Source: an uncultured Clostridia bacterium
Lineage (GTDB): Bacteria > Bacillota > Clostridia > Christensenellales > CAG-314
Direction of reading: 5' to 3'
NCBI GenBank assembly: GCA_947625725.1
Contig: CANQPI010000001.1
Location: 106,324 to 170,323, forward strand
Length of the DNA stretch: 64,000 bases
A model generated the notes under the pieces. It saw nothing but the letters and a program-made list of their open reading frames with translations, was not told where the DNA came from and searched no databases. Of this stretch, positions 42,064-52,258 are shown in pieces. How positions within the stretch are numbered: position 1 is the first letter of the stretch; each line of letters begins with the position of its first letter. The position numbers and the translations under genes were made by a program.

Positions 42064-43497
42064 ATGAAAAAAACAGCATTAGTTTTGGTCCTTTTGTTGG
42101 CGTTTGGCGCGTGCATTGGGTTGTTCGCGGCATGCGAGCCCAAGCCCGACCACGAACACACTTGGGTCAACGGCGTTTGCACACAGTGCGACGCCAAGTA
42201 CGAGATTGTGGACTATGTTTCCCAACTCAAATTGGACGAAAATTCTGCCACAAAAAAATATACGACTAACAGCAATTTTGTCCGTATGTACATCGACGGC
42301 GACACAACGCACTTCAACGTTCCGACAACGGCCGATCACCCCGACGGCGTACTCAAAGCGCGTTACCTTGCAGTCAACACTCCCGAATCTACGGGACAAG
42401 TAGAGCCCTACGGCAAGGTTGCGTCCAACTACACCAAGAAAAAGTTACAAGACGCGATCGCTAACGGTGGCGCGGTGCTTGTCGAGTCCGATACCGACGA
42501 CGGCAAGTGGAACAACGACAGTTATGGCAGAACGACCGCTTGGGTATGGTACAAACCCGAGGCAAACGCCGATTGGCGCAACCTCAATTTGGAACTGCTT
42601 CAAGAGGGTTTGGGCTTCGGTTCTGACCCCAGCAGCAACCGCTACGGCGAAAAATGTCTTGCCGCGCTCAATCAAGCGATGCAGGCAAAACTTGTAGTTC
42701 ACTCCGGCGTCAAGGACGAAAACTACTACTACGGTGCGGCGCAGGAGATCACCATCAAGGAACTCCGCACCAATTTTGAGAAATATGAACTTGTAAAAGT
42801 GGCGTTCGAGGGCTACGTAACGTCAAGTTACGACGGCACAAGTTACGTTCAGCAGTACGACGAGGAAGACGGCATTTCGTACGGCATTGCCGTGTACTAC
42901 AACGGATCTGCTTCCGACATCAAGAAGGCTCTTTCTCCCGGCAGTCACGTCCGCGTGGTAGGCACTGCCCAAGACTTCAACGGCACTTGGCAAGTTTCCG
43001 GTTTGTCCTACAACATCATCAACACCAAAGACCCCAACAACACCATCAGGTTGGATACCGAAACTCACAATGTCGAACCTATGGAGTTGACGATCGATCA
43101 GTTCAATGCCAACAGAACGGTAGATGTGGTTGATCACACTGCGGAAGGCGAGGAAACCGTGTATGTTCCCAAGACTTATCCGACTCACACCTTGTTGGTG
43201 GGAACCACGGTCAAGATGGTCAACCTTATCGTAGATCACACCTACACAACGCCGGACGGCACAAGTAAGGACGCTTTTACCCTGTACTGCAAGGACAGCA
43301 GCGGCAAGGAAATCACCGTTCGCACCGAAGTGCTGTTCAAGTGGAACGATCAAACTCAACGTAGCGAACTTGTTACCGCGGACGAATTCGAGGGTCAAAC
43401 GATCACCGTTATCGGTATTGTCGATTGGTACAACTACAACAATCACAACGAATATCAACTCCGCATACTCGATTACAAAAACATAGTCATTATTTAA
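42064..43497 (+). CDS. Thermonuclease (SNase) family lipoprotein with C-terminal OB-like domains
   Basis: Lipobox FAAC; IDGDT, RYLAVNTPE, DSYGR, NLELLQEG. Confidence 0.88.
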   Translation: MKKTALVLVLLLAFGACIGLFAACEPKPDHEHTWVNGVCTQCDAKYEIVDYVSQLKLDENSATKKYTTNSNFVRMYIDGDTTHFNVPTTADHPDGVLKARYLAVNTPESTGQVEPYGKVASNYTKKKLQDAIANGGAVLVESDTDDGKWNNDSYGRTTAWVWYKPEANADWRNLNLELLQEGLGFGSDPSSNRYGEKCLAALNQAMQAKLVVHSGVKDENYYYGAAQEITIKELRTNFEKYELVKVAFEGYVTSSYDGTSYVQQYDEEDGISYGIAVYYNGSASDIKKALSPGSHVRVVGTAQDFNGTWQVSGLSYNIINTKDPNNTIRLDTETHNVEPMELTIDQFNANRTVDVVDHTAEGEETVYVPKTYPTHTLLVGTTVKMVNLIVDHTYTTPDGTSKDAFTLYCKDSSGKEITVRTEVLFKWNDQTQRSELVTADEFEGQTITVIGIVDWYNYNNHNEYQLRILDYKNIVII

Positions 43498-43553
43498 GAC
43501 TGACAAAAGTATAAAAAGCGCAAAACGCTTAAAAATAAAAAAAGGAGAGTATT

Positions 43554-45248
43554 ATGAAGAAAAAAATTGCATTGTTACTTGCAGTAGTGCTGGTTGTGGC
43601 AACATTCGGAATGGTTCTTGCCGCTTGCGACAAGGGACCCTCTGCCGACGCACTCCAAGCGCTCCTCACAGAAGTAAACAAGTATCACCGCAGTGACCCC
43701 ACGCTTACCAATTCAAACTTCAATTTGATTGGTAGGATCTCCACGATCACCGACGAAGGCGAGGTAGAGGTAAACGTATCTTGGAAGTCCAGTTCTGACA
43801 AAATAACCATTTCTTCCGAAATGAACGGCGCAGGTTTCTACACGGTTACTATTCCCGACCGTACAACTTTGACGGAAGATATCGATTATACCCTCACGGC
43901 AACTCTCGTTGACGCCAAGGGCAAAGAGTACAAGGATGCCGACGGCAAAACTTACTCCATAACATTCAGCAGAACCGTAACCGCCTCCGGCGCTGCCCAA
44001 GCGACTTTGACCTTTGACAGCATCACAAAGGCAACCACAGGCGAAGCGAATACCGACCAATACGGCTATGCAGGTTTCCTGTCCATTACTTGGCAGGAAA
44101 ACGACGTTACTTTCTTGAACGAAAAGGACGAGTCGTATAGCGCTTGCACCACAAGTTATATCAATCCTGCTCGTATCTATGCGTTCAGCAAGGTAGAAAT
44201 ATCCTACGTAAAGCCCATCAAGTACATCAAGCTCGAAACTCAAAGCGGTAATGAACAAGGACTTGACGGAGTGACTGTTGAGGGCGGTACGGTACAACGT
44301 GCCGAAACTACCATCATCATTACGATGGATCAACCGGCAGAAAAAGTGACGTTTATCCCCAAAAAGCAATTGCGTATCTACACGGTCGACGTGTACACGG
44401 CAGAAGCGACGCCGCCCGTTTTGCCCACGATTGACGACACTGTTTACGAAACCGAAGACGAGATTATCGCGGCTTTGAAACAACTCGAAAGCGGCAAGAC
44501 TCTTTCCAATGGACACACGTATACGTTGACGGGTACTATCGCCTCGATCGACACTAAGTATAATTCTCAATTTGGCAACATAACTGTTACTATAAATGTC
44601 GGCTCTGAGAACTACCCAATTCAATGCTTCCGTTTGGTAGGCGGTGAGGATTTGGCAGTCGGTGATACGATCACAGTTACAGGCGTTCTCAAAAACTACG
44701 ATGGCAAAATCGAATTTGACGCAAAATGCACCTATGTCAAAGGTGGCGGCAGTGATGTCGGCGGTGGCGACGACGATACGACTTTGACAAGTCCCGTTAC
44801 TATCAAGAGCAATCAAACAACGACTACCAACCTTACAGGAACAAACGACAAGGATAAGTTCGATTTCACTTCCGGCAAAGGATTGTTCACTATCGTTGGC
44901 ACAAAGGTAAGCGGCGGCAATAACGTCGGCATGAACAAAGACGGCACAGTCAGACTGTACAAAAACGGTACGACTACGCTCACCATCAGCATTGCACAAG
45001 GTTATGTGATTGACAGCGTTACTATCAAGTACAAAACGGGCAACACTTATGGCGATACCATTGCTCCGCCCGTAATAATGGTGGGAGAAGACACTGTTAA
45101 TGCAACAGGCGACGCTACGACCATTGAGGAATACATTTCTTCGCTAACGTGGAATATCAACGGTCAATCGTTTGTTATTACCAATACGGACACGGCAAAT
45201 CAAGTTCACATTGTTGAGATCATTGTGACTTGCCACCAAGCGGCGTAA
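43554..45248 (+). CDS. Lipoprotein with Ig-like and OB-fold-like domains
   Basis: Lipobox LAAC; LAVGDTITVTGVLKNY. Confidence 0.7.
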   Translation: MKKKIALLLAVVLVVATFGMVLAACDKGPSADALQALLTEVNKYHRSDPTLTNSNFNLIGRISTITDEGEVEVNVSWKSSSDKITISSEMNGAGFYTVTIPDRTTLTEDIDYTLTATLVDAKGKEYKDADGKTYSITFSRTVTASGAAQATLTFDSITKATTGEANTDQYGYAGFLSITWQENDVTFLNEKDESYSACTTSYINPARIYAFSKVEISYVKPIKYIKLETQSGNEQGLDGVTVEGGTVQRAETTIIITMDQPAEKVTFIPKKQLRIYTVDVYTAEATPPVLPTIDDTVYETEDEIIAALKQLESGKTLSNGHTYTLTGTIASIDTKYNSQFGNITVTINVGSENYPIQCFRLVGGEDLAVGDTITVTGVLKNYDGKIEFDAKCTYVKGGGSDVGGGDDDTTLTSPVTIKSNQTTTTNLTGTNDKDKFDFTSGKGLFTIVGTKVSGGNNVGMNKDGTVRLYKNGTTTLTISIAQGYVIDSVTIKYKTGNTYGDTIAPPVIMVGEDTVNATGDATTIEEYISSLTWNINGQSFVITNTDTANQVHIVEIIVTCHQAA

Positions 45249-45306
45249 GTAATTGTATCTACGCGTAACGCGCATTGCCTTGCGCTTCGCGCAACTGCAA
45301 ACTTTT

Positions 45307-45338
45307 GGACTCCCGACCCCTCGGGAGTCCTTTTCTTT
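45307..45338 (+). terminator. Intrinsic terminator of the ABC-nuclease operon
   Basis: GGACTCCCGA/TCGGGAGTCC plus T run. Confidence 0.85.
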
Positions 45339-45551
45339 CTCCTACACGCTTTATCTTCCCCATTTTATTACAAATTTCTTAAGCAAAACACAGCAAATTT
45401 CTTAAATGGTTTGACTTGTCCCTTTGTGCCGCATTGTCAAATTCCGTGCAACCCCTTGTATTTTTGCAGTTTTTTGTATTTGTTGTTGCGCCGCAAGGGG
45501 CAACGTGCGTTGTCTTGCATTTTGGCGCGTTTTGTGCTACACTGTGATTAT

Positions 45552-46799
45552 ATGCGATCATTCACCTACGCAAATCAAGTTTTGCCCTATCTCAACAGCC
45601 TTTACGGGCGCAAAAATATCGCCGAGTTTCGCCGTTACGACGCTGCTATCAAAGAGTTCGGACGCGTTTTCGGCGGCAAAAGCCTCGGCTTTGTCAGTGC
45701 GCCGGGGCGCGTGGAGTTTATCGGCAATCATTTGGACCACAACGGCGGCAAGGTAATTGCCTGTACCGTCAATTTGGATATCGTCGCGGCGTTTGCCCCC
45801 ACCGACAACAACGTCATTCGCATTGCAGGCAAGGGGCGTAGCACGCTTCGCGTTCCCGTGGGCGATTTTGAGCCCTGTTTCGGCAGTGCGGGACTTATCA
45901 AAGGCGTGGTGCAGTACCTGTCCGAGCATGGTTATTCCGTGGGCGGATTTGACGCCTACACCGATTCGACTATCCCCACGGGCGCGGGTATCAGCAGTAG
46001 CGCGGCGTTCGAATTGGCTGTCGGTACTATCCTTTCCGAGTTGTACAACGGCGGCGGTATTCCCTCCGACGTTCTTGCGCGCGCGGGACAGTTTGCGGAA
46101 AACGTGTTTTTTTCCAAACCGTGCGGACTTTTGGATCAAAGCGTAATCGCGATCGGCGGCGTTGTGGCGTTGGACTTTTCCGACGGCTTGCGCTATACCC
46201 GTCTGGATGGCAATTTGGACGGTTTGTCCCTTGCGCTTGTAAACAGCGGCGGCAGTCATGCGTTCCTGTCCGAGATGTATGCGGCTATTCCCGCCGATAT
46301 GCGCGCCGTAGCCCGTTTTTTCGGACGCGAGCGGTTAATAGATTTGCCGCCCGACGAGTTTTTTGCCCGCTACTATCAAGCGGCAAAGTCCGTCGGCGAG
46401 GACAAGGTTTTGCGCGCCAAACACTTTTTTGACGAACTTGCGCGCGTCGAGCAAATGCAGACCGCGCTTTGCGGCGACGGGACGTCTGACGGCAGCGGCA
46501 TTGTCCCCGATCGCGCAAAAATTCTTTCTCTCATTAACGATTCGGGCGACAGCAGCCTCACCCAACTGAAAAATTGCGCCGTCAACGCCGACGACACGGC
46601 GATAGCCGACATTGTTGCATTTGCCCGTTCTGTTTGTCCCTGCGCCGCGCGCGTACACGGAGGCGGATTTGCGGGCACGGTGCTTTGCGTTGTACCCGAC
46701 GAGTACTTTGGCGTGTTTTTCTCCGAAGCCACCGCCAAGTACGGGAGCGACAGAGTGTTGCCGTTGCGCTTGCGCTTTGTCGGCGCAACCGTCTTGTGA
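45552..46799 (+). CDS. galK: Galactokinase-like GHMP kinase
   Basis: APGRVEFIGNHLDH, GAGISSSAA, CGLLDQ, HGGGFAG. Confidence 0.75.
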   Translation: MRSFTYANQVLPYLNSLYGRKNIAEFRRYDAAIKEFGRVFGGKSLGFVSAPGRVEFIGNHLDHNGGKVIACTVNLDIVAAFAPTDNNVIRIAGKGRSTLRVPVGDFEPCFGSAGLIKGVVQYLSEHGYSVGGFDAYTDSTIPTGAGISSSAAFELAVGTILSELYNGGGIPSDVLARAGQFAENVFFSKPCGLLDQSVIAIGGVVALDFSDGLRYTRLDGNLDGLSLALVNSGGSHAFLSEMYAAIPADMRAVARFFGRERLIDLPPDEFFARYYQAAKSVGEDKVLRAKHFFDELARVEQMQTALCGDGTSDGSGIVPDRAKILSLINDSGDSSLTQLKNCAVNADDTAIADIVAFARSVCPCAARVHGGGFAGTVLCVVPDEYFGVFFSEATAKYGSDRVLPLRLRFVGATVL

Positions 46800-47105
46800 G
46801 GGCATATAGGCGTCGCAATGCTGTGTTAAACGTGCGCCCCGCTCAGTCGCACGTCGTTGTACGCGCCTCCCGCCGCCCCGCCCGTTTGTCTTGCCTTTCT
46901 CGCTTCTATGCCCTCACAAGGGGTATATTTTTGTATTTTGCCCTTTTGCTTTGACCGATTTTGCAATGCTTTGTTAAACGACCGCCCCGCCCGTTTGTCT
47001 TTCGCGAGGTTGGTGCTTTTGGGGGAGTATTTCGACGATACGGAAGATGAGTTTTGTCATCAAAAGTAAATTAAAAATTGTTATTCCTCTCCCGCCTCTC
47101 CATAT

Positions 47106-47214
47106 TTTCTGCACATTTTTAATCATTCCTCTGCATATTGTCCCGATAAAATATGCAGAGAATTGCATATTGCGGTTGACTTTCTGCACATTTTTGGATA
47201 TACTATATGCAGAG
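47106..47214 (+). promoter_or_regulatory. Fic promoter with five TCTGCA(C/T)AT boxes
   Basis: TTGACT-17-TATACT at 47176-47204; boxes in both orientations. Confidence 0.7.
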
Positions 47215-47221
47215 GTGTATC

Positions 47222-48265
47222 ATGAAGCGTTTTGACTACTCATTTTTGTACAACGGAATGTTACCTGCGCGTCTTGTCAACATGACAAGCGGAATTTACT
47301 CTTTCAAATCGGAGGACAGCCGCCGTCGGCGAGATTACCGCAAGGTTTTTGACAGTTTGCAACAGATCGCGCGCGTACAATCGGTCAAAAGTTCCAACGC
47401 CATAGAGGGCATTGTCGCTTCCGATGATCGAATTCGCGCCATAGTTACCAAAAGCAGCGCACCCGTGGATCACACCGAAGCGGAAATCGCAGGCTATCGC
47501 GACGCGTTGGACGTCATTCACACAAATTGGCGAGATATGGATTTTACGGAAAGAAACATTTTGTCCCTGCATGCCACAATGTTCGCCGCTGTTGGCTATG
47601 AGCAAGCGGGTCATTACAAGCAAAATGACAATTTGATAATCGAACAGGACGCGCAAGGCAACAGAAAGGTGCGTTTTGTACCCGTACCCGCCGTCGAAAC
47701 GCCCGAGGCAATGGTGCAATTGGTATTGGCATATTTGGACGCTCGCTCCGATCCCAACATCAATCAACTGTTACTCATTCCCTGCGTTATTTTGGATTTT
47801 TTGTGTATTCACCCCTTTGCGGACGGCAACGGACGTCTTTCGCGCTTGTTGAGTCTTTTGTTGCTGTATCGCAGCGGCTTTGACGTGTGCAAGTACGTTT
47901 CATTTGAGCAGCAAATAGACAACTACAAATCGCTGTACTACCAAGCGTTGCAAGATTCGTCAGTCGGCTGGCAGGACAACGCCAACGACTACATGCCTTT
48001 TGTGGAGAACTTCCTTGCCACGCTGTACATGTGCTACAAGGAAATGGACCGTCGCTTTGCCGTTGTAAACACAGGCGCGTCCAAGACAAATCGCATCGAA
48101 ACGACAGTACTCAACAGCCTTGTGCCTATATCAAAGGCGGAAATATGCGCCGTTCTGCCTGACGTAAGTCCCACAACGGTAGAGAGCGTTTTGGGCAAGT
48201 TGGTGCGGCAAGGCGCAGTTGTCAAGGTGGGCGCGGGTTCCGCTACAAGATATATCCGCAAATAG
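47222..48265 (+). CDS. Fic family protein (class II) with C-terminal winged-HTH
   Basis: HPFADGNGRLSR catalytic motif; SNAIEG inhibitory motif. Confidence 0.92.
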   Translation: MKRFDYSFLYNGMLPARLVNMTSGIYSFKSEDSRRRRDYRKVFDSLQQIARVQSVKSSNAIEGIVASDDRIRAIVTKSSAPVDHTEAEIAGYRDALDVIHTNWRDMDFTERNILSLHATMFAAVGYEQAGHYKQNDNLIIEQDAQGNRKVRFVPVPAVETPEAMVQLVLAYLDARSDPNINQLLLIPCVILDFLCIHPFADGNGRLSRLLSLLLLYRSGFDVCKYVSFEQQIDNYKSLYYQALQDSSVGWQDNANDYMPFVENFLATLYMCYKEMDRRFAVVNTGASKTNRIETTVLNSLVPISKAEICAVLPDVSPTTVESVLGKLVRQGAVVKVGAGSATRYIRK

Positions 48266-48463
48266 TCCGCTGAAAAAAGTTTAGAAATGTTAATCAAAAT
48301 GTTTGACATTACTTAATAGCGGCGTTATACTGTATTCGTTGCCCGTGGCAACCAAATTTATTTTCGTATATGCAAACGCAGGGGGTTTGCGCCGTGAGAT
48401 ACGGCAGTACAGTAAATAACTTGGGTTAGCCGATGGGTAATTTTTTTTTGCGAGGTGTCGAAT

Positions 48464-49000
48464 ATGGTGGAAATCGGTCGAAAAATCAAACAATACCGAC
48501 GACAGTTGGATCTCACGCAAGAGGAACTTGCCCAACGCACGGAGTTGACCAAGGGTTACATATCTCAGTTGGAAAACGACCTTTGTTCGCCGTCTATCGC
48601 CACGCTGGAAGATATTTTGAGCGTGTTGGGCGTAAGTTTGCGAGATTTCTTTGCGGAGGAGCGTTTGGACAAGGTGGTGTACACGCAAGCGGACTACTTT
48701 GTGTCGGATAGCGACAACGGCAAACTGACCTGGCTCATTCCCAATTCGCAAGTCAAGCAAATGGAACCGATAATCCTCACTCTCAACGAGGGACAGCAAA
48801 GTATCGAACGCTATCCGTTCGAGGGCGAAGAATTCGGCTACGTGCTGTACGGCGCGGTGGATGTGGTGTGCGGCAGTTCCCGTTTTCGAGTAAAAAAGGG
48901 CGAAACTTTTTCGCTGGACGGCAAACAACAGCACACTATACAAAATGCAAAAAACGGCGAAAGCAAGTTACTGTGGGTAACAACGCCCTCTAACTTCTAG
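48464..49000 (+). CDS. XRE-HTH plus cupin regulator (PuuR-like) of the pot operon
   Basis: LTQEELA, YISQLEND, EGEEFGYVL; start could be GTG 48455. Confidence 0.9.
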   Translation: MVEIGRKIKQYRRQLDLTQEELAQRTELTKGYISQLENDLCSPSIATLEDILSVLGVSLRDFFAEERLDKVVYTQADYFVSDSDNGKLTWLIPNSQVKQMEPIILTLNEGQQSIERYPFEGEEFGYVLYGAVDVVCGSSRFRVKKGETFSLDGKQQHTIQNAKNGESKLLWVTTPSNF

Positions 49001-49009
49001 GAGGAAACA

Positions 49010-50476
49010 ATGGACGACAAAATTATCGAAATCAAAAACGTTTACAAAGCGTACGGCGACAAGCCGGTAGTAAAAAACATTTCGCTGGGTATTCGCCGCG
49101 GCGAGTTTGTTACGTTGCTCGGTCCTTCCGGTTGCGGCAAGACGACCACTCTGCGCATGATCGCGGGTTTCGAACAGCCTACAAGCGGAACGATCCTTTT
49201 TAACGGGCAGGACATCACGCAGTTGCCGCCGCACAAGCGCAACATAAACACGGTGTTTCAAAAGTACGCTCTGTTTCCTCATCTCAACGTGTTCGGCAAT
49301 ATCGCTTTCGGGCTCAAACTCAAAACTGTGCCCAACGGCGAACCTACAAAGGATCGTCGCGGCAACACGGTGCAAAAAATGCGCCGCCTTACCAAAGCGG
49401 AAATAGCGGAAAAGGTAAACAACGCCCTCAAAATGGTAGATTTGGAGGACTACGGACACCGCTCCGTCAATTCACTTTCCGGCGGACAGCAACAGCGCGT
49501 CGCTATTGCCCGCGCTTTGGTAAACGAACCCCAAGTGTTGCTTTTGGACGAGCCGTTGGGCGCGTTGGATCTCAAAATGCGCAAAGATATGCAGTTGGAA
49601 TTGATGCAGATGCACAGCAAATTGGGCATCACGTTTGTGTATGTCACTCACGATCAGGAAGAAGCCCTCACCATGTCGGATACGATAGTGGTCATGAAAG
49701 ACGGTGAAATTCAGCAGATCGGCACGCCCACCAAGGTGTACGACGAGCCCGCAAACGCCTTTGTAGCGGACTTTATCGGCGAATCCAACATTCTGTCCGG
49801 CACAATGGTAAAGGACTGCTGCGTGGAAATTTCCGGTCACAAATTCGAGTGCGTGGACAAGGGCTTCAAGAACAACGAACCCATTGACGTCATCATACGT
49901 CCCGAGGATATCAGGATCGTGCCTACGGGCAACAAGCAATGTTTGATAGAAGCGGACGTCCTCAGTTGCGTGTTCAAGGGCGATCACTACCAGGTTACTG
50001 CGCTTACTCACGGCGACGAGCGCAACGAGATCATCATTCACGACAACGTAGAAGTCAAAGACGGCGATACCGTCGGATTGTACATCAAGCCGTTTGACTT
50101 TCACATCATGCACAAATCGCGGCTTATCAACGAGTTGACAGCCACAGTCGCAAGCGAAAACGAAGTGGAGTTTTGCGACGGCAAATTTGTTTGTACCGCC
50201 CAATTGCCCGATGTGGACACCGAAGTGCGCGTAAAGGTGGATTTCGACGACGTGGAGTTGACCGACGACGAAGCGGACGGCACTATCGGCGCAACGATCA
50301 TTTCCGCTATCTACAAGGGCAGTTATTGGCAGTACATAGTGCGTACCGACACTTACTACGACTTTTTTGTAGACAACGACTACGAGTGGTCTATCGGCGA
50401 CCGCGTGGGCATCAAGATCGCCCCCGAAAAAATCATAGTAGAGGAGGTGCAAAGTGAAAAAGAAGTTCAAGTTTAG
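49010..50476 (+). CDS. potA: Spermidine/putrescine ABC ATP-binding protein
   Basis: GPSGCGKTT, NTVFQKYALFPHL, LDEPLGALD; extended TOBE-like C-terminus. Confidence 0.93.
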   Translation: MDDKIIEIKNVYKAYGDKPVVKNISLGIRRGEFVTLLGPSGCGKTTTLRMIAGFEQPTSGTILFNGQDITQLPPHKRNINTVFQKYALFPHLNVFGNIAFGLKLKTVPNGEPTKDRRGNTVQKMRRLTKAEIAEKVNNALKMVDLEDYGHRSVNSLSGGQQQRVAIARALVNEPQVLLLDEPLGALDLKMRKDMQLELMQMHSKLGITFVYVTHDQEEALTMSDTIVVMKDGEIQQIGTPTKVYDEPANAFVADFIGESNILSGTMVKDCCVEISGHKFECVDKGFKNNEPIDVIIRPEDIRIVPTGNKQCLIEADVLSCVFKGDHYQVTALTHGDERNEIIIHDNVEVKDGDTVGLYIKPFDFHIMHKSRLINELTATVASENEVEFCDGKFVCTAQLPDVDTEVRVKVDFDDVELTDDEADGTIGATIISAIYKGSYWQYIVRTDTYYDFFVDNDYEWSIGDRVGIKIAPEKIIVEEVQSEKEVQV

Positions 50477-51254
50477 GTTTTCACGCCGCGCATTTGCCTA
50501 CCCCTACATGATATTTTTGCTGTTGTTTGTGGTAGTCCCGTTGGTGATAATTCTGATCAACGCGTTTTTGGACGACGCAGGCAAACTGACGTTCGACAAC
50601 TTTGTCGAATTTTTCACCGATTCGGGCGGCGGCTTGACGGTGCTTGGCAACTCGCTCATTATCGGGTTGGTCACGACGTTGATCTGTTTGGTAATCGGCT
50701 ATCCGTGCGCATATTTTTTGGCAAAGTATCACGCCTCAAACCGCGTGTTGGTGTTGCTGTTTATTTTGCCTATGTGGGTAAACTTTCTCATCCGTACATT
50801 GTCCACCAAGGCGATCTTCATGGCGTTGGACGTAGATTTGGGAATGGGAACGGTTTTGTTCGGCATGGTGTACAATTACCTGCCCTACATGATATTGCCT
50901 TTGCACACAACGCTTGTCAGTATCGACCACAGTTATATCGAGGCGGCGGAGGATCTCGGCGCGGACAAAATGACGGTATTTTTCAAAACGATAGTACCGC
51001 TGTCCCTTTCCGGCATTATCAGCGGCATAACAATGACGTTCATTCCCGCGATAAGTACTTTTGCCATTTCGGAGATACTGTCGAGCAGCAAAATTTTCCT
51101 GTTCGGCGACGCCATAAACATGCACTTTTCCAAAACTACCAACAGTTTCGGCGTGGGTAGCGTTATGAGTTTGGTAATGCTCGTGTTGGTGATATTGTCC
51201 AATTTGGCGGTCAATCTCACAAGCAAAGACGAGGAGGTCAAGAGCGCGCTATGA
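50454..51254 (+). CDS. potB: Spermidine/putrescine ABC permease
   Basis: LPMWVNFLIR, YNYLPYMILP, EAAEDLGA. Confidence 0.92.
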   Translation: MKKKFKFRFSRRAFAYPYMIFLLLFVVVPLVIILINAFLDDAGKLTFDNFVEFFTDSGGGLTVLGNSLIIGLVTTLICLVIGYPCAYFLAKYHASNRVLVLLFILPMWVNFLIRTLSTKAIFMALDVDLGMGTVLFGMVYNYLPYMILPLHTTLVSIDHSYIEAAEDLGADKMTVFFKTIVPLSLSGIISGITMTFIPAISTFAISEILSSSKIFLFGDAINMHFSKTTNSFGVGSVMSLVMLVLVILSNLAVNLTSKDEEVKSAL

Positions 51255-52258
51255 AAACTGCTTTCGGTATTCTTGCACTTTCTCAAATTGCGGCAAATTG
51301 GTTGTTGGCGATACTTGTAGCGGTGTTGGCAATGCAAATTGCCATACTTGCGTTTGTTATCGTGCGTCGTTCGGACAAAACGGGCAAACGCCGCATGCGC
51401 GAGCGCGTTCGTTCCGTCGAGGGTCGTTCCCCGCGCCAAAAGATAAGTTTGCGCAAGTTGTTTGCGCGCGTATGCGCCGACGGCTACCTCGGCCTGGTGC
51501 TGGCTTTGCTGTACTTGCCCATTTTGCTGATAATAGTATTCAGTTTTTCCGGCACGAGCCGTTTCAGTTTCACCAACGGTTTTACTTTGGACAGTTACAA
51601 ATCTCTGTTCGATCCCGAGCAAAACGCGGGATTGCTCGACGCGCTCAAAAACACCGCGGTACTTGCGGTTTCGGCAAGCGTTATTTCCACCGTGTTGGGA
51701 GCGTTTTCCACGATAGGTATCTATGCTCTCGGCAAGCGGCTCAAAAAGATCACTCTTACCGTCAATCAACTGCCTATGATAAACAGCGAGGTGGTCATGG
51801 CTGTGAGTTTGATGGTGTTTTTTGCGGCGTTCAGCGCAATCTTTCCGCAAGGTATGACGCGGCTTATCATTTCGCACGTGGCGTTTTGCACGCCCTACGT
51901 GGTGCTGTCGATACTGCCTCGCTTGCAAAAAATGGACCCCAATATGTACGAGGCGGCGTTGGACTTGGGCGCAAATCCGTTTGTCGCCATGATAAAGGTA
52001 GTGTTCCCCTACATAATGCCGGGCATTGTGAGCGGCTTTGCAATGGCGTTTACGCTCAGCCTTGACGACTTTATCATAACCCAATTCAACAAGGGCGACA
52101 CGGGCATAGAAACCCTTTCCACCTACATCTACGAGGATGCGCGTGTCAAATCTCTCGAACCGTTTTGGTTTGCGGTGTTCTCGATATTCTTCGTGGTTAT
52201 GTTTACGTTGCTGTTGTTGATGAACATCAAAAAGGTGCAAAAGGAGGCAAAACAATGA
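51251..52258 (+). CDS. potC: Spermidine/putrescine ABC permease with N-terminal extension
   Basis: LYLPI, EAALDLGA, FTLSLDDF. Confidence 0.92.
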   Translation: MKTAFGILALSQIAANWLLAILVAVLAMQIAILAFVIVRRSDKTGKRRMRERVRSVEGRSPRQKISLRKLFARVCADGYLGLVLALLYLPILLIIVFSFSGTSRFSFTNGFTLDSYKSLFDPEQNAGLLDALKNTAVLAVSASVISTVLGAFSTIGIYALGKRLKKITLTVNQLPMINSEVVMAVSLMVFFAAFSAIFPQGMTRLIISHVAFCTPYVVLSILPRLQKMDPNMYEAALDLGANPFVAMIKVVFPYIMPGIVSGFAMAFTLSLDDFIITQFNKGDTGIETLSTYIYEDARVKSLEPFWFAVFSIFFVVMFTLLLLMNIKKVQKEAKQ

